DNA of 64,000 nucleotides from an uncultured Chloroflexia bacterium. GTDB taxonomy: Bacteria; Chloroflexota; Chloroflexia; QHBQ01; JADMIH01. The notes under the pieces are model-generated. The model did not search any database and was not told the DNA's origin. It saw only the letters and a list, made by a program, of their open reading frames with translations. A program made the translations under genes and the position numbers. This document shows, piece by piece, positions 1 through 11,200 of the stretch (position 1 is its first letter; every line of letters starts with the position of its first letter). Location of the stretch: the NCBI GenBank assembly GCA_963797095.1, contig CAWCNY010000002.1, positions 1,152,001-1,216,000 on the forward strand, written 5' to 3'.

Positions 1-248
1 TGCATTGCCACCCGCCACCTCGGCTTGTTGCGTAGCAAGTACTCCAGGTCCATCCCGAAGTGCTTGAACTCCTCCTGTTGGGCGTTCTTCATGATTGCGC
101 GAGCTACGCTATCCTTTTCCAGTGATATCCTCTGCTCGTACCAACCTATTGCTTCGGCCTCTTCGATCAGTGAGGTAATCATGCGTGCAAAAGTGCGTAC
201 CTTCTCCGATAGCTCATTGGCAGGCTCGTGATACTGCTCTGTTCCCAT
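1..248 (-). CDS. Ferritin-like protein of the encapsulin-associated EncFtn/Flp type; 3' end runs off the window
   Basis: Absent from the ORF track. Manual translation from ATG 248 (SD AGGAGG upstream) gives MGTEQYHEPANELSEKVRTFARMITSLIEEAEAIGWYEQR...AQQEEFKHFGMDLEYLLR, matching the HEP, EExEAxxWYxQR and EExxH pattern of EncFtn. Confidence 0.8.
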   Translation of the reverse strand, partial: MGTEQYHEPANELSEKVRTFARMITSLIEEAEAIGWYEQRISLEKDSVARAIMKNAQQEEFKHFGMDLEYLLRNKPRWRVAM

Positions 249-311
249 CGCATCCTTCCTCCTGTTGTCTTTCGCATCCCTATTTTACAGATGGAATGGA
301 AAATCGACCTC

Positions 312-1232
312 CTACCGCTCAAGCAAAGATCGATCCCAACCTGCCAGGTTTGCACCCGCCTCGTACGTACTTTGGAGGAAATTAAGCAGGGTCTCTCTGG
401 GATCTTCAGCTTTGCGCACTATATCATAAGACAAAATGAATTCTCCCAACTCGGTGTCGAAGTACGCTCCTTCGGGTCTGACCTGCGCATCTGCAAGACC
501 CTTCGGCACGGGTGCTGTGTAGGCATAATAAGCAGGTTGAAGCACGCTCCCGCTTCCGGGCCAGAAGCCCGCGCTGCTGCATTCGTGCGAGTATGCTTCG
601 CGTTGCACATGATCCAATTCCGGTCGTTCGGGCGCTCGACGGCCCGAGAAACGTGTCACAGCCAGGTCGAAACTGCCCCAAAAGAAGTGTACCGGGCTGC
701 ACTTTCCAAGAAATCGTCCCCGAAACTCTTTGAATATGCTATCCGTTTGAACGAGGATGCGCCACAGTCTGTTCGCATACTCTTCATTATATGAGGCATG
801 CACATCGTCTACATCGCACGAGATGGGGTTCGGAACCTCCTGCGGTTTCGTATATATCCTTACTTCCATACCAAGCGAGCGCAGCATGGACATCAGTTCC
901 TGATAGAAATCGGCGACCGAACGTGCATACAACCCCATATATCTCGTCTTGCCGTCGCTGGTGATGACCGCAAGCTTGTGGTCTATAAAGTCGAACACTA
1001 TCTCAAATGTCGTATTACCATAAGGGATCGGTGACGTAGTAAGCCCCCTGGAAGTCACATAGAGGGTCACCTGCCACCAATGGTTCAACATCGGGCTGAG
1101 GGTCAACCTGATCTTGCCTGCGATCTGCGTCCACATGTGGAGCGTTTCGTATGTCTCTCGCCATTCTTCATACGGCAGGCTCGGCCATACCGTGGCTCGG
1201 TCTATCTCCTTGATTGTATCTATGTAGTTCAC
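312..1232 (-). CDS. DUF5996-family protein
   Basis: WPSLPYEEW...TLHMWTQIAGK, NHWW, SPVHFFWGSFDLAVTRFSGR and EAYSHE motifs. Confidence 0.8.
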   Translation of the reverse strand: MNYIDTIKEIDRATVWPSLPYEEWRETYETLHMWTQIAGKIRLTLSPMLNHWWQVTLYVTSRGLTTSPIPYGNTTFEIVFDFIDHKLAVITSDGKTRYMGLYARSVADFYQELMSMLRSLGMEVRIYTKPQEVPNPISCDVDDVHASYNEEYANRLWRILVQTDSIFKEFRGRFLGKCSPVHFFWGSFDLAVTRFSGRRAPERPELDHVQREAYSHECSSAGFWPGSGSVLQPAYYAYTAPVPKGLADAQVRPEGAYFDTELGEFILSYDIVRKAEDPRETLLNFLQSTYEAGANLAGWDRSLLER

Positions 1233-1390
1233 GAAACCATGCCTCGATTCTAGTCTGTACGCGTTCTATACCGGTGCTCTTTGATGAAAAGGAAATCCAG
1301 ACTGGAAGATTGCCAACCGGAGCGCGGCCTCTTGAAAGAGTTGTCCGCGCTCCGGTTGGTATAGGGTGTGGCTCTTGTGCCGTCTTCGTC

Positions 1391-2230
1391 CTATCCTGCG
1401 GTTTGGGCTATCGCAGGCTGGTCACTCACCATTTCGTTCTGAATCTGATCCAGCCAGTCCGCGATGTAGTCAGCCACTTCTTTCCAGCCCTTTCCGGCGG
1501 TGATGAGGTGAGAGCGGCCTTCAAACTCCTTGAAGTCGGTGCGCGCCGCTTTATTGTGCTGGTAATGCTTGTAGGTAGCTTCAGTCACGTGAGCCGGTAC
1601 CAGGTGGTCCTTTTCACCCGTGATCAGGAGCAAGGGTGCGCGATCGGGATTGTTGAAGTTTACGTAGAGAGCCTTGTGCGGGTCCAACGCCGCGAAGGCG
1701 GCCTGGAAGAAGATGCGCCCGGTCTCAGGCACAACATACCTCTCGTAGTAATACTTCTGCTCCTCTTCGGGGAATGTGTTGGTAAAGGCGTACTGGAATT
1801 CGGGGAAAGTCATCCGCACCACATGATCCCAGTTCATCCACCCGAATAACACCTTCGCGTTAGCTTTCAGCACGTTCCAGTCCACTGCCAGCACCCCCTC
1901 AGGCGCGACCGGATCGATGCCGACCCCTGCGCTCCCCATCCCACGATCCAGCAACTGCTGGACGATCAAACCGCCGAAGGAGTGCCCTATCAAGATCGGA
2001 GGCTCAGGCAATTCGCGGATGATCGCCTCGTAATGGTCTACCAACTCTTTGACGCCTACCTCGGCTAGTTCTGCCGGTGGGTTGGCCCTCAACTCCTCTA
2101 TAGGTTTGTCTCTCAGGGGCCACTCCGGCGAGATAAAGGTGTAGCCCTTTTTCCCGAAGTACTCGGTGTAGTTCTCCCATGACAGCGAGGTCAGCCATGC
2201 CCCGTGAATGAACACAATATTCTTAGTCAC
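1391..2230 (-). CDS. Alpha/beta hydrolase
   Basis: FIHGAW, GHSFGG nucleophile elbow, and Asp/His triad region (KDHLVP, RSH). Confidence 0.9.
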   Translation of the reverse strand: MTKNIVFIHGAWLTSLSWENYTEYFGKKGYTFISPEWPLRDKPIEELRANPPAELAEVGVKELVDHYEAIIRELPEPPILIGHSFGGLIVQQLLDRGMGSAGVGIDPVAPEGVLAVDWNVLKANAKVLFGWMNWDHVVRMTFPEFQYAFTNTFPEEEQKYYYERYVVPETGRIFFQAAFAALDPHKALYVNFNNPDRAPLLLITGEKDHLVPAHVTEATYKHYQHNKAARTDFKEFEGRSHLITAGKGWKEVADYIADWLDQIQNEMVSDQPAIAQTAG

Positions 2231-2417
2231 CGCTTTTACTCCTTTTTGTTGTTATTTCATACTTCGCTAAGTTGGTTATACATAGGGTGTGCCCTACGCC
2301 TGTGTATTGTCCTGAGCCGGCTGCCCAAGCTGTCCTCTGAGCCTGATTGCGAGCGCCACATCTGCCCCTCTTTCAGCGGGCGCTCGCGCCGTTGTCGCTC
2401 CTATGCTCGTGGTTGTT

Positions 2418-2984
2418 TCATGCCCTCGCATTGTTCAGATCTTGCTGTGCTGCCATCATCCCGCGCAAACGGAATGCCAGCACTACCAGCACGATGCCAA
2501 ACACTATCGCATAAGAGGCGAGCAGCCATATCAGGCTCAGTATGCCGGCGCCGGGGAATATCACCAGCAGCAGGCCGAACAGTATTGAAGCTATGCCGCT
2601 CAGCACCAGCAGCCACTCGTTCTTTATCACTTGCCGCATCTCTATGGCTGCCAGTATCTCAAACACTCCGGTGACCAGTCCCCAGGCTGCTATCAGATAG
2701 AGAAGAGCCAGCTCGGTCACGTCGGGCCACAGGAAGGTGAGAACGCCGAATATCACGCCTGCGGCACCTTCAAGTATTAAGTACCAGCGTGGGGTACCTC
2801 CGGTATTCCCCATGATGGCAGATCCCAGCGCGAACACTCCATCCACCAGCACATAAGCTCCGAAGAAGAGCACCAGCACGGCAACAGTCTCGCCCGGCCA
2901 TATGAATGCCAGCACGCCGAATATGATTGCCAACACGCCACGCAATGCTACCAACCACCAGTTACGTTGCAGTGAAGCTAACAC
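2418..2984 (-). CDS. HdeD/DUF308 membrane protein
   Basis: WWLVALRGVLAIIFG start, repeated TM hairpins, SD AGGAGG. Confidence 0.9.
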   Translation of the reverse strand: MLASLQRNWWLVALRGVLAIIFGVLAFIWPGETVAVLVLFFGAYVLVDGVFALGSAIMGNTGGTPRWYLILEGAAGVIFGVLTFLWPDVTELALLYLIAAWGLVTGVFEILAAIEMRQVIKNEWLLVLSGIASILFGLLLVIFPGAGILSLIWLLASYAIVFGIVLVVLAFRLRGMMAAQQDLNNARA

Positions 2985-3086
2985 AAGATACCTCCTTTCT
3001 AATTGAGCACATTCGAAGTTAACTACAGGCTAAACAGTGGCCGCAGGCATGTGAGGGGTATAACAAACCTGCGGCCAACATGGATA

Positions 3087-4046
3087 TCATGGGCGGGTCG
3101 CGAATCCCTCGCGCAGCCAGGAAATAGCCAGGGCCATCGCGCCGCGAGCCGCTGCGGTGTTCGCCAGCGCATTCAGCATGACGAAGTCGTGGATGATTCC
3201 CTCGAACCGGGCAGCAGTCACACAAACCCCGGCCTCTCTGAGCTTGCTTGCGTAGGCTTCGCCCTCGTCGCGCAGCACATCCGCCTCACCCGTTATCACG
3301 AGCGCCGTGGGAAGCCCTTTCAATTGCTCAATGCTGGCCCGCAAGGGTGAGGCGGTGATCTCGTTGCGCTCGCCGGGGTCGGTAGTATACTGGTCCCAGA
3401 ACCACATCATCCCGTCGCGACGCAGGAAGTACCCTTCGGCGAATTGGTGATATGACTCTGTATCGAAGTTGGCGTCGGTCACAGGATAAAAAAGGAGTTG
3501 GCGCTGGATGACCGGCTCCCCGCGCTCTTTGGCAAGCAAGGTGACCGCTGCCGCCATGTTGCCTCCTACACTGTCCCCAGCCACCACCAGGCGCTCAGGG
3601 TCCAACCCATATTCGACCCCTTGCCCGCTGGCCCACTTCGCCACCGCGTAACATTCCTCGATGGCGGTGGGGTACTTGGCTTCGGGGGAAAGGCTGTAAT
3701 TCGGGAACACCACTGCTGCCTCGGCTCCAACCGCCAATTCCCTAATAAGGCGGTTGTGAGTATGCTTGTTGCCGAACACCCATCCTGCACCGTGAATATG
3801 CACTATAACTGGAAGTATTGCCGGGGCGTTCTGCGGCCGCATAATGCGAACCGACACCTTCCAGCTCGGGCCGCCTTCTACGACGGTATCCTCGATATCA
3901 ACCGGCAACTCATCCACCGGGCCCGACTGCACCTCATCAACTGCGGCGCGCCCCTTTTCGGGACCAAGATCGAACAAAAATGGTGGATTGGCGGTTGCTT
4001 CAGCGAATGCCATGGCCTCGGGTTCTAGTTGGATTTTTGTTGTCAT
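3087..4046 (-). CDS. HSL-family (Aes-like) esterase/lipase
   Basis: HGAGW, GDSVGG, D-VLRDEG and HDF motifs. Confidence 0.92.
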   Translation of the reverse strand: MTTKIQLEPEAMAFAEATANPPFLFDLGPEKGRAAVDEVQSGPVDELPVDIEDTVVEGGPSWKVSVRIMRPQNAPAILPVIVHIHGAGWVFGNKHTHNRLIRELAVGAEAAVVFPNYSLSPEAKYPTAIEECYAVAKWASGQGVEYGLDPERLVVAGDSVGGNMAAAVTLLAKERGEPVIQRQLLFYPVTDANFDTESYHQFAEGYFLRRDGMMWFWDQYTTDPGERNEITASPLRASIEQLKGLPTALVITGEADVLRDEGEAYASKLREAGVCVTAARFEGIIHDFVMLNALANTAAARGAMALAISWLREGFATRP

Positions 4047-4370
4047 TTCTCTGCCTCGCCATCTAGTAGTCTGTCAAGCGGCATTTGGTAGGTGCGTTAC
4101 GACTGAGCTGCCGTTGCTGGTACCTATCAGATTAGGCTTGACAGACTAGTAGTCTTATTTGAGTGGTCTTTTCTTATTGCCGCGGGCGTCATGGCATTTA
4201 CCGCCTATGCTCATCTTGAAAAACAGATTACCGAAGGGGTAGTTTTACCCATTGTGTACTTCTCCTGGTTGCGAAAAGGCCCCAAATGGGAGAGCATCCC
4301 ATTCCCTCGTAAAACAACACTCATATCGATCTTATGTCGATACCATGTATCCTTACCTTGTATCCTTACC

Positions 4371-4761
4371 TTAGCGGGCGTTATCGCTTCTGTCGTGAGA
4401 AATTCCACTCATTTCGGGGTTCGGCAGCAGTCCCATGCGCAAGGCGTGCAGCGCGGCCTCTGTCCTGGAAGACACCCCTAACTTATCGAAAATATGGTAA
4501 AGGTGGTTTTCAACAGTCCTTATGCTTATCTCTATCTTTGCACATTTCAAAGTGACTCCTTTGTGTCGTTAGTGACTCGCTCTTAGCTTCTCTGCGGCTA
4601 ACAGGGCCAATGTAAGCTGGCCGTATTTGCGAGAACCTCTGTACGGCTTCAGTGGGAAGCCAGATAAAGGTTCGATTGCAAAAGCCCCTTGCTTTAGCTA
4701 TGGGGTAGCTTACTGGTTCCCTCCTCAATCTGACAGATCTATTTCTCTCTCGCCTCGTCAA
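4371..4761 (-). pseudogene. Small LuxR/GerE-type HTH gene interrupted by a 166-bp insertion
   Basis: TTG at 4761 overlaps the upstream TGA. N-terminus reads LTRRE; C-terminal part reads ISIRTVENHLYHIFDKLGVSSRTEAALHALRMGLL. Removing 4548-4713 restores a 75-codon frame, though its first half is degenerate. Confidence 0.6.
4548..4713 (+). mobile_element. Non-autonomous IS200/IS605-like element resembling a TnpB right-end (omega/re) RNA scaffold
   Basis: Ends in the hairpin AAGCCCCTTGCTTTAGCTATGGGG followed by TAGCTTAC. GTAAGCT (4612-4618) is complementary to terminal AGCTTAC (4707-4713). No ORF and no target duplication. Confidence 0.55.
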
Positions 4762-5138
4762 CCGGGACAATACCTTCGCAGCAGGCGGCTGACGTGCGCC
4801 GGGTGGTACTGCACTCCAAACTCTTGCTTCAGAACTGCTGCCACCCGCGTTGTAGTCCACCTGTCGCCCTGAAAACCGAAAGCTTCGGCACCACAGGCGA
4901 GTATCTCCGCAATCTGGCTGAACTGCGCGCTTGCCAGCGCCGGGCGTTTGCTGGAGGCGGGGTAATGTCGCAACGCCTCCATGTTTCCGCCTTCGCGAGC
5001 GCGCCTGAGCCACTGGCAGACTGCTCCCTGCGTCACTCCCAACTGGGCTGCAATCCGGCGCTGCGACCAGCCCAGCCTGTGAAGTTCCCAGGCCCGCAGT
5101 CTGCGCGTTTCCAACCTATCAAGCGTTTGAGTGGTCAT
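4758..5138 (-). CDS. Winged-helix/HTH protein resembling the DNA-binding half of IS630 transposases, without a DDE domain
   Basis: RRLRAWEL...GWSQRRIAAQLGVTQGAVCQW and WTTTRVAAVLKQEFGVQYHPAHVSRLL. Confidence 0.7.
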   Translation of the reverse strand: MTTQTLDRLETRRLRAWELHRLGWSQRRIAAQLGVTQGAVCQWLRRAREGGNMEALRHYPASSKRPALASAQFSQIAEILACGAEAFGFQGDRWTTTRVAAVLKQEFGVQYHPAHVSRLLRRYCPG

Positions 5139-5281
5139 TGCTCCCGGCATTAAGCCATGCTCCATCCTGGAATTGCCGATTAGCAATCAATGTAGCCATC
5201 AAGCCATCATCGGAAGTATAATGGCCCCAAATAGACAAGTCAGTCGACATCAGGTGCCATGTTAGATCCCATAGGTTCCCA

Positions 5282-8266
5282 ATGTTGCGCTTCAGGGAAT
5301 CAGGTAGATGGCCAGGAGCGTACATGCAGCGGTTCTCCTACCGTGACCGGGATTACGCATTTGGGCAGGTAATGCTCACCTTGCGCACTGCCATAGGGCT
5401 TACCCAGGCAGGTTTGGCCGACTATCTGGGCGTGTCACGCCGTGCTGTAGGTGAATGGGAGGCTGGCAACAAATACCCCAAACCTGAGCATCTCAAGCGC
5501 TTCATAAGCCTCGTCGTCAAACATGAGGCGTTTCCGGCAGAGAGTAAGGAAGAGGAGATTCGTGCTCTCTGGCAAGTGGCACACCAGAAGGTGCTCCTTG
5601 ACGAAGTATGGTTGGCTTCCCTTCTCCACCCACAGCCTGCCCTGGCGCTACAGCCTTCTATCACCGGGGCGGGCGCGCCGTCCGTGGTTCCCATCCCATC
5701 CCTCTCTCCCCTGCCGGCCTCTGCGCTTCCTGCTCAGCCGGTAGATAATGGGCACCATACGAGGGGCGCACAGGGCGGCGTGATCAATCTGCCCTTCCAG
5801 CCAACCGCGTTCTTCGGTCGAGCCGCCGAACTTACCGAAATATCAAAGATTCTTAGCGCCCCGGCGTGCCGTCTCCTAACGCTCCTCGGGCCTGGTGGTG
5901 TCGGCAAGACGCGCCTCGCAATAGAAGTGGCCGAGGGTCAGATCGAGGAGTTTACGGATGGTGTAGTGTTCGTCACCCTCGCCTCTGTTAGCACGCCCAG
6001 CCAGATCGTTCCGGCACTCGGCGAAGCCCTCAGCCTCTCCTTCGCCGGGCAGCCCGATCCTACCGCGTATCTGCTCCGGTATTTGCGTAGCCGGCACATG
6101 CTGCTGTTGCTCGATAACTTCGAGCACCTCCTCGGGGGCGCTGACCTCGTTTTCGACATCCTCGAACGTGCGCCACAGGTTACCATCCTGGTAACCTCGC
6201 GCGAGCGGCTCAATTTGCAGGCCGAATGGCTATTCGATGTACAGGGCCTATCATATCCCCCGGCATTTACACAGGAATCCCGGTCTGTCACACACCAGAG
6301 TGTGGCAGATCTGACCAACTACAGCGCGGTACAACTGTTGATCCAACGCGCTACGCAAGTCCGGCCCGGCTTTCCCCTCAATGAATCGACCCTCCTCGCG
6401 GTTGTACGCATCTGCCAGCATGTGGCCGGGATGCCTCTGGCTATTGAGCTGGCTGCCTCAGGAGTGCGCACGCTACCGGTCACCGAGATCGAGCAGCAGA
6501 TACACTCGAACCTGGATATCCTCGCCACCACTCTACGCGACGTGCCCGCGCGGCACCGCAGCATGCGTGCTGTGATAGACCATTCCTGGAATCTGCTGAA
6601 TGAAACCGAGCGAGCATTGTTCAGCAAGTTGGCGGTCTTCCGGGATGGCTGTGCGGGCGAGGCGGCTAAAGAAGTGGCCGGGGCAACACTATCGGGGCTG
6701 GCGACGCTGGTTGACAAATCACTATTGCGGCAGAGTGTGGCGCATACCCAAAATGCTGCCGGTAATGATAATCCGGATGCCGCGCTTGCCGGTGCTGAGG
6801 AAGATCAACGCTTCTTCTTGCTGGAGCCTATTCGCGAATACGCGCTGGAAAAGCTCATTGCCACGCACGAATCAGAGGCAGTCCAGTACGCTCACGCGAG
6901 CTACTACATGATGCTTGCCGAATCCGCCGTAGCGCAATGGGATAGCCCGGCGGCAGATACCGTTATCGAGCAGTTGGACCGCGAGTACGACAACATCCGT
7001 GCGGCGTTCCAATGGACAAGCGCTGGCGGCGACCTCACTATCGGATTGCGGCTCGGCATCGCGCTCAGAAGATTCTGGCAACTCCGAGGCTATTACAGCG
7101 AGGGGCGCGTATGGCTCGAAGACCTCCTGGCGCGAGAACACTACGATCAAGATCCCGCTGCCCTGGCCGTGCGCGCACGCGCCATACATACGGCGGCCTG
7201 GCTCGCAACTGACCAGCACGATTATGCCCGCGCAAAACACCTCTTCGAGCAGAGCCGGCAATTGCGCCGCGCCCTGGGCGAAACTGAGGATGATACGCAT
7301 CTTCTTGCCCCCGAAGCGCGCGAAGCACGCTCCGCCGGCGATTACCGGCGTGCCCTCGCTCTCCGGGAAGACGCCGTGGCGCGGCACCGCGCTCTTGGAG
7401 ACCGGGGCGGTATGGGCAGCGGCGGCCTGGGCAACTCCCTATACGAATTGGCTCTTGTGGTGCGAGAGCAGGGTGACTTTGAACGCGCTACGGCCCTGTT
7501 TGAAGAGTGCCTGGCGCTTCACCGCGAGCTAGGCGCGCGAGACGGAATCGCCGTTGGATTGATGGGACTTGGGGATATAGCGCGAGACAAGGCCGACCCG
7601 GCGCGGGTGCGAGATTACTGCGAGCGCACTCTCGTAATCTGTCGCGAGCTGGGCCTCCAATGGGCATTAGGGTTCCTGCTAAACAATCTCGCCCTGGCGG
7701 CGTACCTCGACAATGATCTGCCCCAGGCAGCCTCCCTGATCGATGAGAGTGTGGCTTTGTTCCGCGCACAACAGGCCGATTCGAGCCTGGGCGAGGTACT
7801 TATCACTCAGGGGCATATCCTGATGGCACAAAGAGACTTGCCTGGCGCATACGCCGCCATGACCGAAGCGCTGGGGCAGGTGCTGGCTCTGGGGCCGCGC
7901 CTGATGGTGGTACTGGCCCTGGAGGGCCTGGCAGGGCTTGTCGCGCAATTGGGTGCGACCGAGACCGCCGTTCAGGTCTTCGCTGCGGCATCAACTCTGC
8001 GTGTGCAGATGGGCACACCGGCCCGTCCACTTGACCGTATCCTCCAAACCGGCGAACTCGCCAACGCCCGCTCGATCCTCGGCGTTGCTACCTGGGAAGC
8101 GTTGTGGGAGGCTGGCGAAAGGCTCCCATTAGACGAGGTGGGCAGGCTCATCACGGGCGTTGCCCCACCCCCCAGGAATCTGGCCGGGCAAGCGCCTGCT
8201 GCTCCACCGGCGGTCAGGCCCGCGCCTGTTTCTCTGCCGGTCGGTCCGCGAGTTCGATTGGGGTAG
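5282..8266 (+). CDS. STAND protein N-half: XRE-HTH, NB-ARC-type NTPase, TPR (likely start ATG 5324)
   Basis: GLTQAGLADYLGVSRRAVGEWEAG, Walker A GPGGVGKT, LLLDNFEH, GMPLAIELAA, TPR-like helical repeats. Confidence 0.85.
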   Translation: MLRFRESGRWPGAYMQRFSYRDRDYAFGQVMLTLRTAIGLTQAGLADYLGVSRRAVGEWEAGNKYPKPEHLKRFISLVVKHEAFPAESKEEEIRALWQVAHQKVLLDEVWLASLLHPQPALALQPSITGAGAPSVVPIPSLSPLPASALPAQPVDNGHHTRGAQGGVINLPFQPTAFFGRAAELTEISKILSAPACRLLTLLGPGGVGKTRLAIEVAEGQIEEFTDGVVFVTLASVSTPSQIVPALGEALSLSFAGQPDPTAYLLRYLRSRHMLLLLDNFEHLLGGADLVFDILERAPQVTILVTSRERLNLQAEWLFDVQGLSYPPAFTQESRSVTHQSVADLTNYSAVQLLIQRATQVRPGFPLNESTLLAVVRICQHVAGMPLAIELAASGVRTLPVTEIEQQIHSNLDILATTLRDVPARHRSMRAVIDHSWNLLNETERALFSKLAVFRDGCAGEAAKEVAGATLSGLATLVDKSLLRQSVAHTQNAAGNDNPDAALAGAEEDQRFFLLEPIREYALEKLIATHESEAVQYAHASYYMMLAESAVAQWDSPAADTVIEQLDREYDNIRAAFQWTSAGGDLTIGLRLGIALRRFWQLRGYYSEGRVWLEDLLAREHYDQDPAALAVRARAIHTAAWLATDQHDYARAKHLFEQSRQLRRALGETEDDTHLLAPEAREARSAGDYRRALALREDAVARHRALGDRGGMGSGGLGNSLYELALVVREQGDFERATALFEECLALHRELGARDGIAVGLMGLGDIARDKADPARVRDYCERTLVICRELGLQWALGFLLNNLALAAYLDNDLPQAASLIDESVALFRAQQADSSLGEVLITQGHILMAQRDLPGAYAAMTEALGQVLALGPRLMVVLALEGLAGLVAQLGATETAVQVFAAASTLRVQMGTPARPLDRILQTGELANARSILGVATWEALWEAGERLPLDEVGRLITGVAPPPRNLAGQAPAAPPAVRPAPVSLPVGPRVRLG

Positions 8267-11200
8267 CGCTCTCGTCACCCCAATCTTCTACGGGCGCGAG
8301 TGGGAGATGACCCTATTGACCGGCTGGCTAGTCAAGGAGCGCTGTCGTGTGGTGAGCCTGCTTGGGTTGGGTGGTATCGGCAAATCCGCCCTGGCGGTCA
8401 GCCTCATGCACCGGGTGGCTGAGCATTTCGAGGTAGTCATTTGGCGCTCCATGCGCGATCTACCCACCTGCGAAGCTCTGCTCGATGACCTTCTGCAGGT
8501 CCTTGCACCTCCTGGGGTCGATGAAGCTACCTCCAGTTTCGACCAGCGCCTCAGCATCGTGCTGGGACAAATGCGCAAGACCCGCACCCTCATGGTATTG
8601 GACAACATTGAGGTGGTGCTGGAGGAAAGCGGAGGATCGGGCCGGATGCGGCCCGGATATGAGGGCTTTGGACGCTTCTTGCGCCGGGTGGCCGAGACCG
8701 AACACCGGGGTTGTGTCTTGCTTACAAGTCGGGAAAAACCGGGCGACCTCATATCTCAGGAAGGCAGCCATTCTCCTGTTCGGGTCCTACGTCTTGCCCG
8801 GCTCGATGCGGAAGCCTGTGAAGCGTTGCTCATCGAAAAGGGTGTAAAAGGCACTACCCCTGAACGGGTGCGGTTGATCGAAGCATACACGGGCAATCCA
8901 ATGGCCTTGAAGATCGTATCGCAAACCATAGTTGATCTCTTCGATGGCGACCTCTCGCTCTTCCTTGAGCAAGGTGAATTGATCTATGGCGGCATTCGCG
9001 AGCTACTCAGAGAGCAATTCAGCCGCCTCTCAGACCTTGAACAGTGCGTGCTGGTGTGGCTGGCGATCTTGCGAGAGCCATCAACTTTTGAGCAATTGCG
9101 CGCCATGCTGGTGACCCCCTTGCCTCCCGGTGAGGTGTTGGAGGCCGTCGAGGGGCTGCGGCGGCGCAACCTGATAGATAGAGGGCAGTATCCCGGCAGC
9201 TTCACGCTTCAGTCGGTCGTGTTGGAGTACGTGACAACTGTCCTGCTGGCAGATGCAAGCGAAGAGATCCAGCAAGGCAATCTCGACCGGCTGATCAAAC
9301 ACGGGCTGGAACAGGCCCACGCCAAAGACTACGTTCGGCAGGCGCAAGAGAAGGTGCTGGTGGCCCCATTGCTAACGCGTCTGCAAAGTGCATCACACGC
9401 ACTTGCGCACTCCGATTTGGAGGCGCGACTGGTCGCCCTCCTGGATCAGATGCGCTCCTGGTCCGAGGATGCCCAGGGGTACGCACCTGCTAACCTGATC
9501 GCCCTGCTGCGCTTGCAGCGTAGTGATTTGCGCGATCTCGATTTGTCGCGGTTGGCTTTGCGCGGCGTGAACCTGCAAGGTATCGAAATGCAGGATACCT
9601 CGCTTTCTAAAGCCAGGATCCAGGATTCCACCTTTACCGAGACCTTTGACGCGATGACCGCGGTCGCTATCAACAGTTCAGGCACCTACTGGGCTGCCGC
9701 CAGCCGGCGCGGTGAAATACGGGTCTGGGCTGCCACGGGCGCTTCCTGGGCGTTGAATCTGCGCCGGTCGTGGCGCGCTCACACTGACATGGTCTGGGCC
9801 CTTGCTTTCAGCCCCGACGGCGGCGCTTTAGCTACCGGCAGTTGGGATGGCACCGTCAAGCTGTGGAATGTCGATAGCGGGGCCTTGCTCTGGTCGGGCA
9901 GGCACGCAAGCCACGTCAACTGCGTGGCCTTTACTCGCGACGGCACTATGCTCGCCAGCAGCGGGATCGACGCTGCTGTCCGAATCTGGGATAGGCAGAG
10001 CGGCAAGGAACTTCAGACTTTGCCACACCCTGCCCCGGTAACCACCCTCGTCTGGCGTCCTCATGGACACTTCCTTGCCACAGGCAACTCGGTAGGGGCA
10101 ATTCGCCTGTGGGATGTGCGAGAGGATGGGCCCGCAATCTGTGGGCAAACCATCCAGGCACACACAGACTGGGTCGACTCCCTGGCCTTCTCCCCTGAAG
10201 GCAATATACTGGCCAGCGGAAGCTGGGATAGCACCGTAAAATTATGGGAAGTCGCCTTCTCTGGGGCAACCCGGGAAATCAGTGCCACTCTGATGCAGAC
10301 ACTGATGGGTCATACCGACCGTGTTGGTCGCGTCGCCTGGAGTCCCGATGGGCACACGCTGGCTAGCGGCAGCCGTGACAGGACGATTCGGCTGTGGGAT
10401 GCCGAGCGGGCTAGCTATCGCACGGCTCTGCAAGGACATACCGCCTCCGTGCATGCGCTGGCCTTCACTCCCGATAGCCGCGCCATCCTCACTGCTGGCG
10501 AAGATGGCACCCTCCGTGTGTGGGATATCGTGAGCGGCCAGTGTATACGCCTCATCCAGGGCTACGCGGCCTTCCTCTATGATACAGACTGGAGCCCTGA
10601 CGGCGCTCAACTTGCCAGCGGTGGCACCGATTCCCTCGTGACCATCTATGATGTGAATGGCGCGATACCTCCCAGGGTGTTGCGTGCGCACACAGGCGGT
10701 GTGATCGGAGTGGCATGGAGGCCCCGTACTCTCGGTTCCGGTAGCCAGACTGCGCAGCATATCCGGTTAGCTACCAGCGAGTGGGACAACGCCATTCGGT
10801 TGTGGGATCCCTCTTCGGAAACCTCGCTTCAGATCCTGCAACACCCGGAGGACACCGGCAATTGTTTCTACGGTCTGGCGTGGAGTCCCGATGGCCGTTG
10901 GCTGGCCGCCGGAACCTATGATCGAGGAGTACAACTGTTCGATATAACAGCAGGCAACCTTGCTTGGAACGCGCCCGATTTCCCCACACTTATCCGGCCT
11001 GTTGCCTGGAGCCCAGACGGAACCGTCCTGGCGGGGGGTGGCGATAACGGCACCGCCTATATTTGGGACTCCACAGCGAGCACCTTGCTCCAAACCCTGC
11101 CAGGACATCACGGTATGATCAGGGGCATAGCCTGGAATTCCGAAGGCACACAGTTGGCCTCCGCAGGCAGTGGATCGGAGGGCGCTGAGCTATTCATTTG

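Noticed and set aside
4758-5186. Intact IS630 element
   Set aside because: No DDE-domain ORF follows and no terminal repeats were seen.
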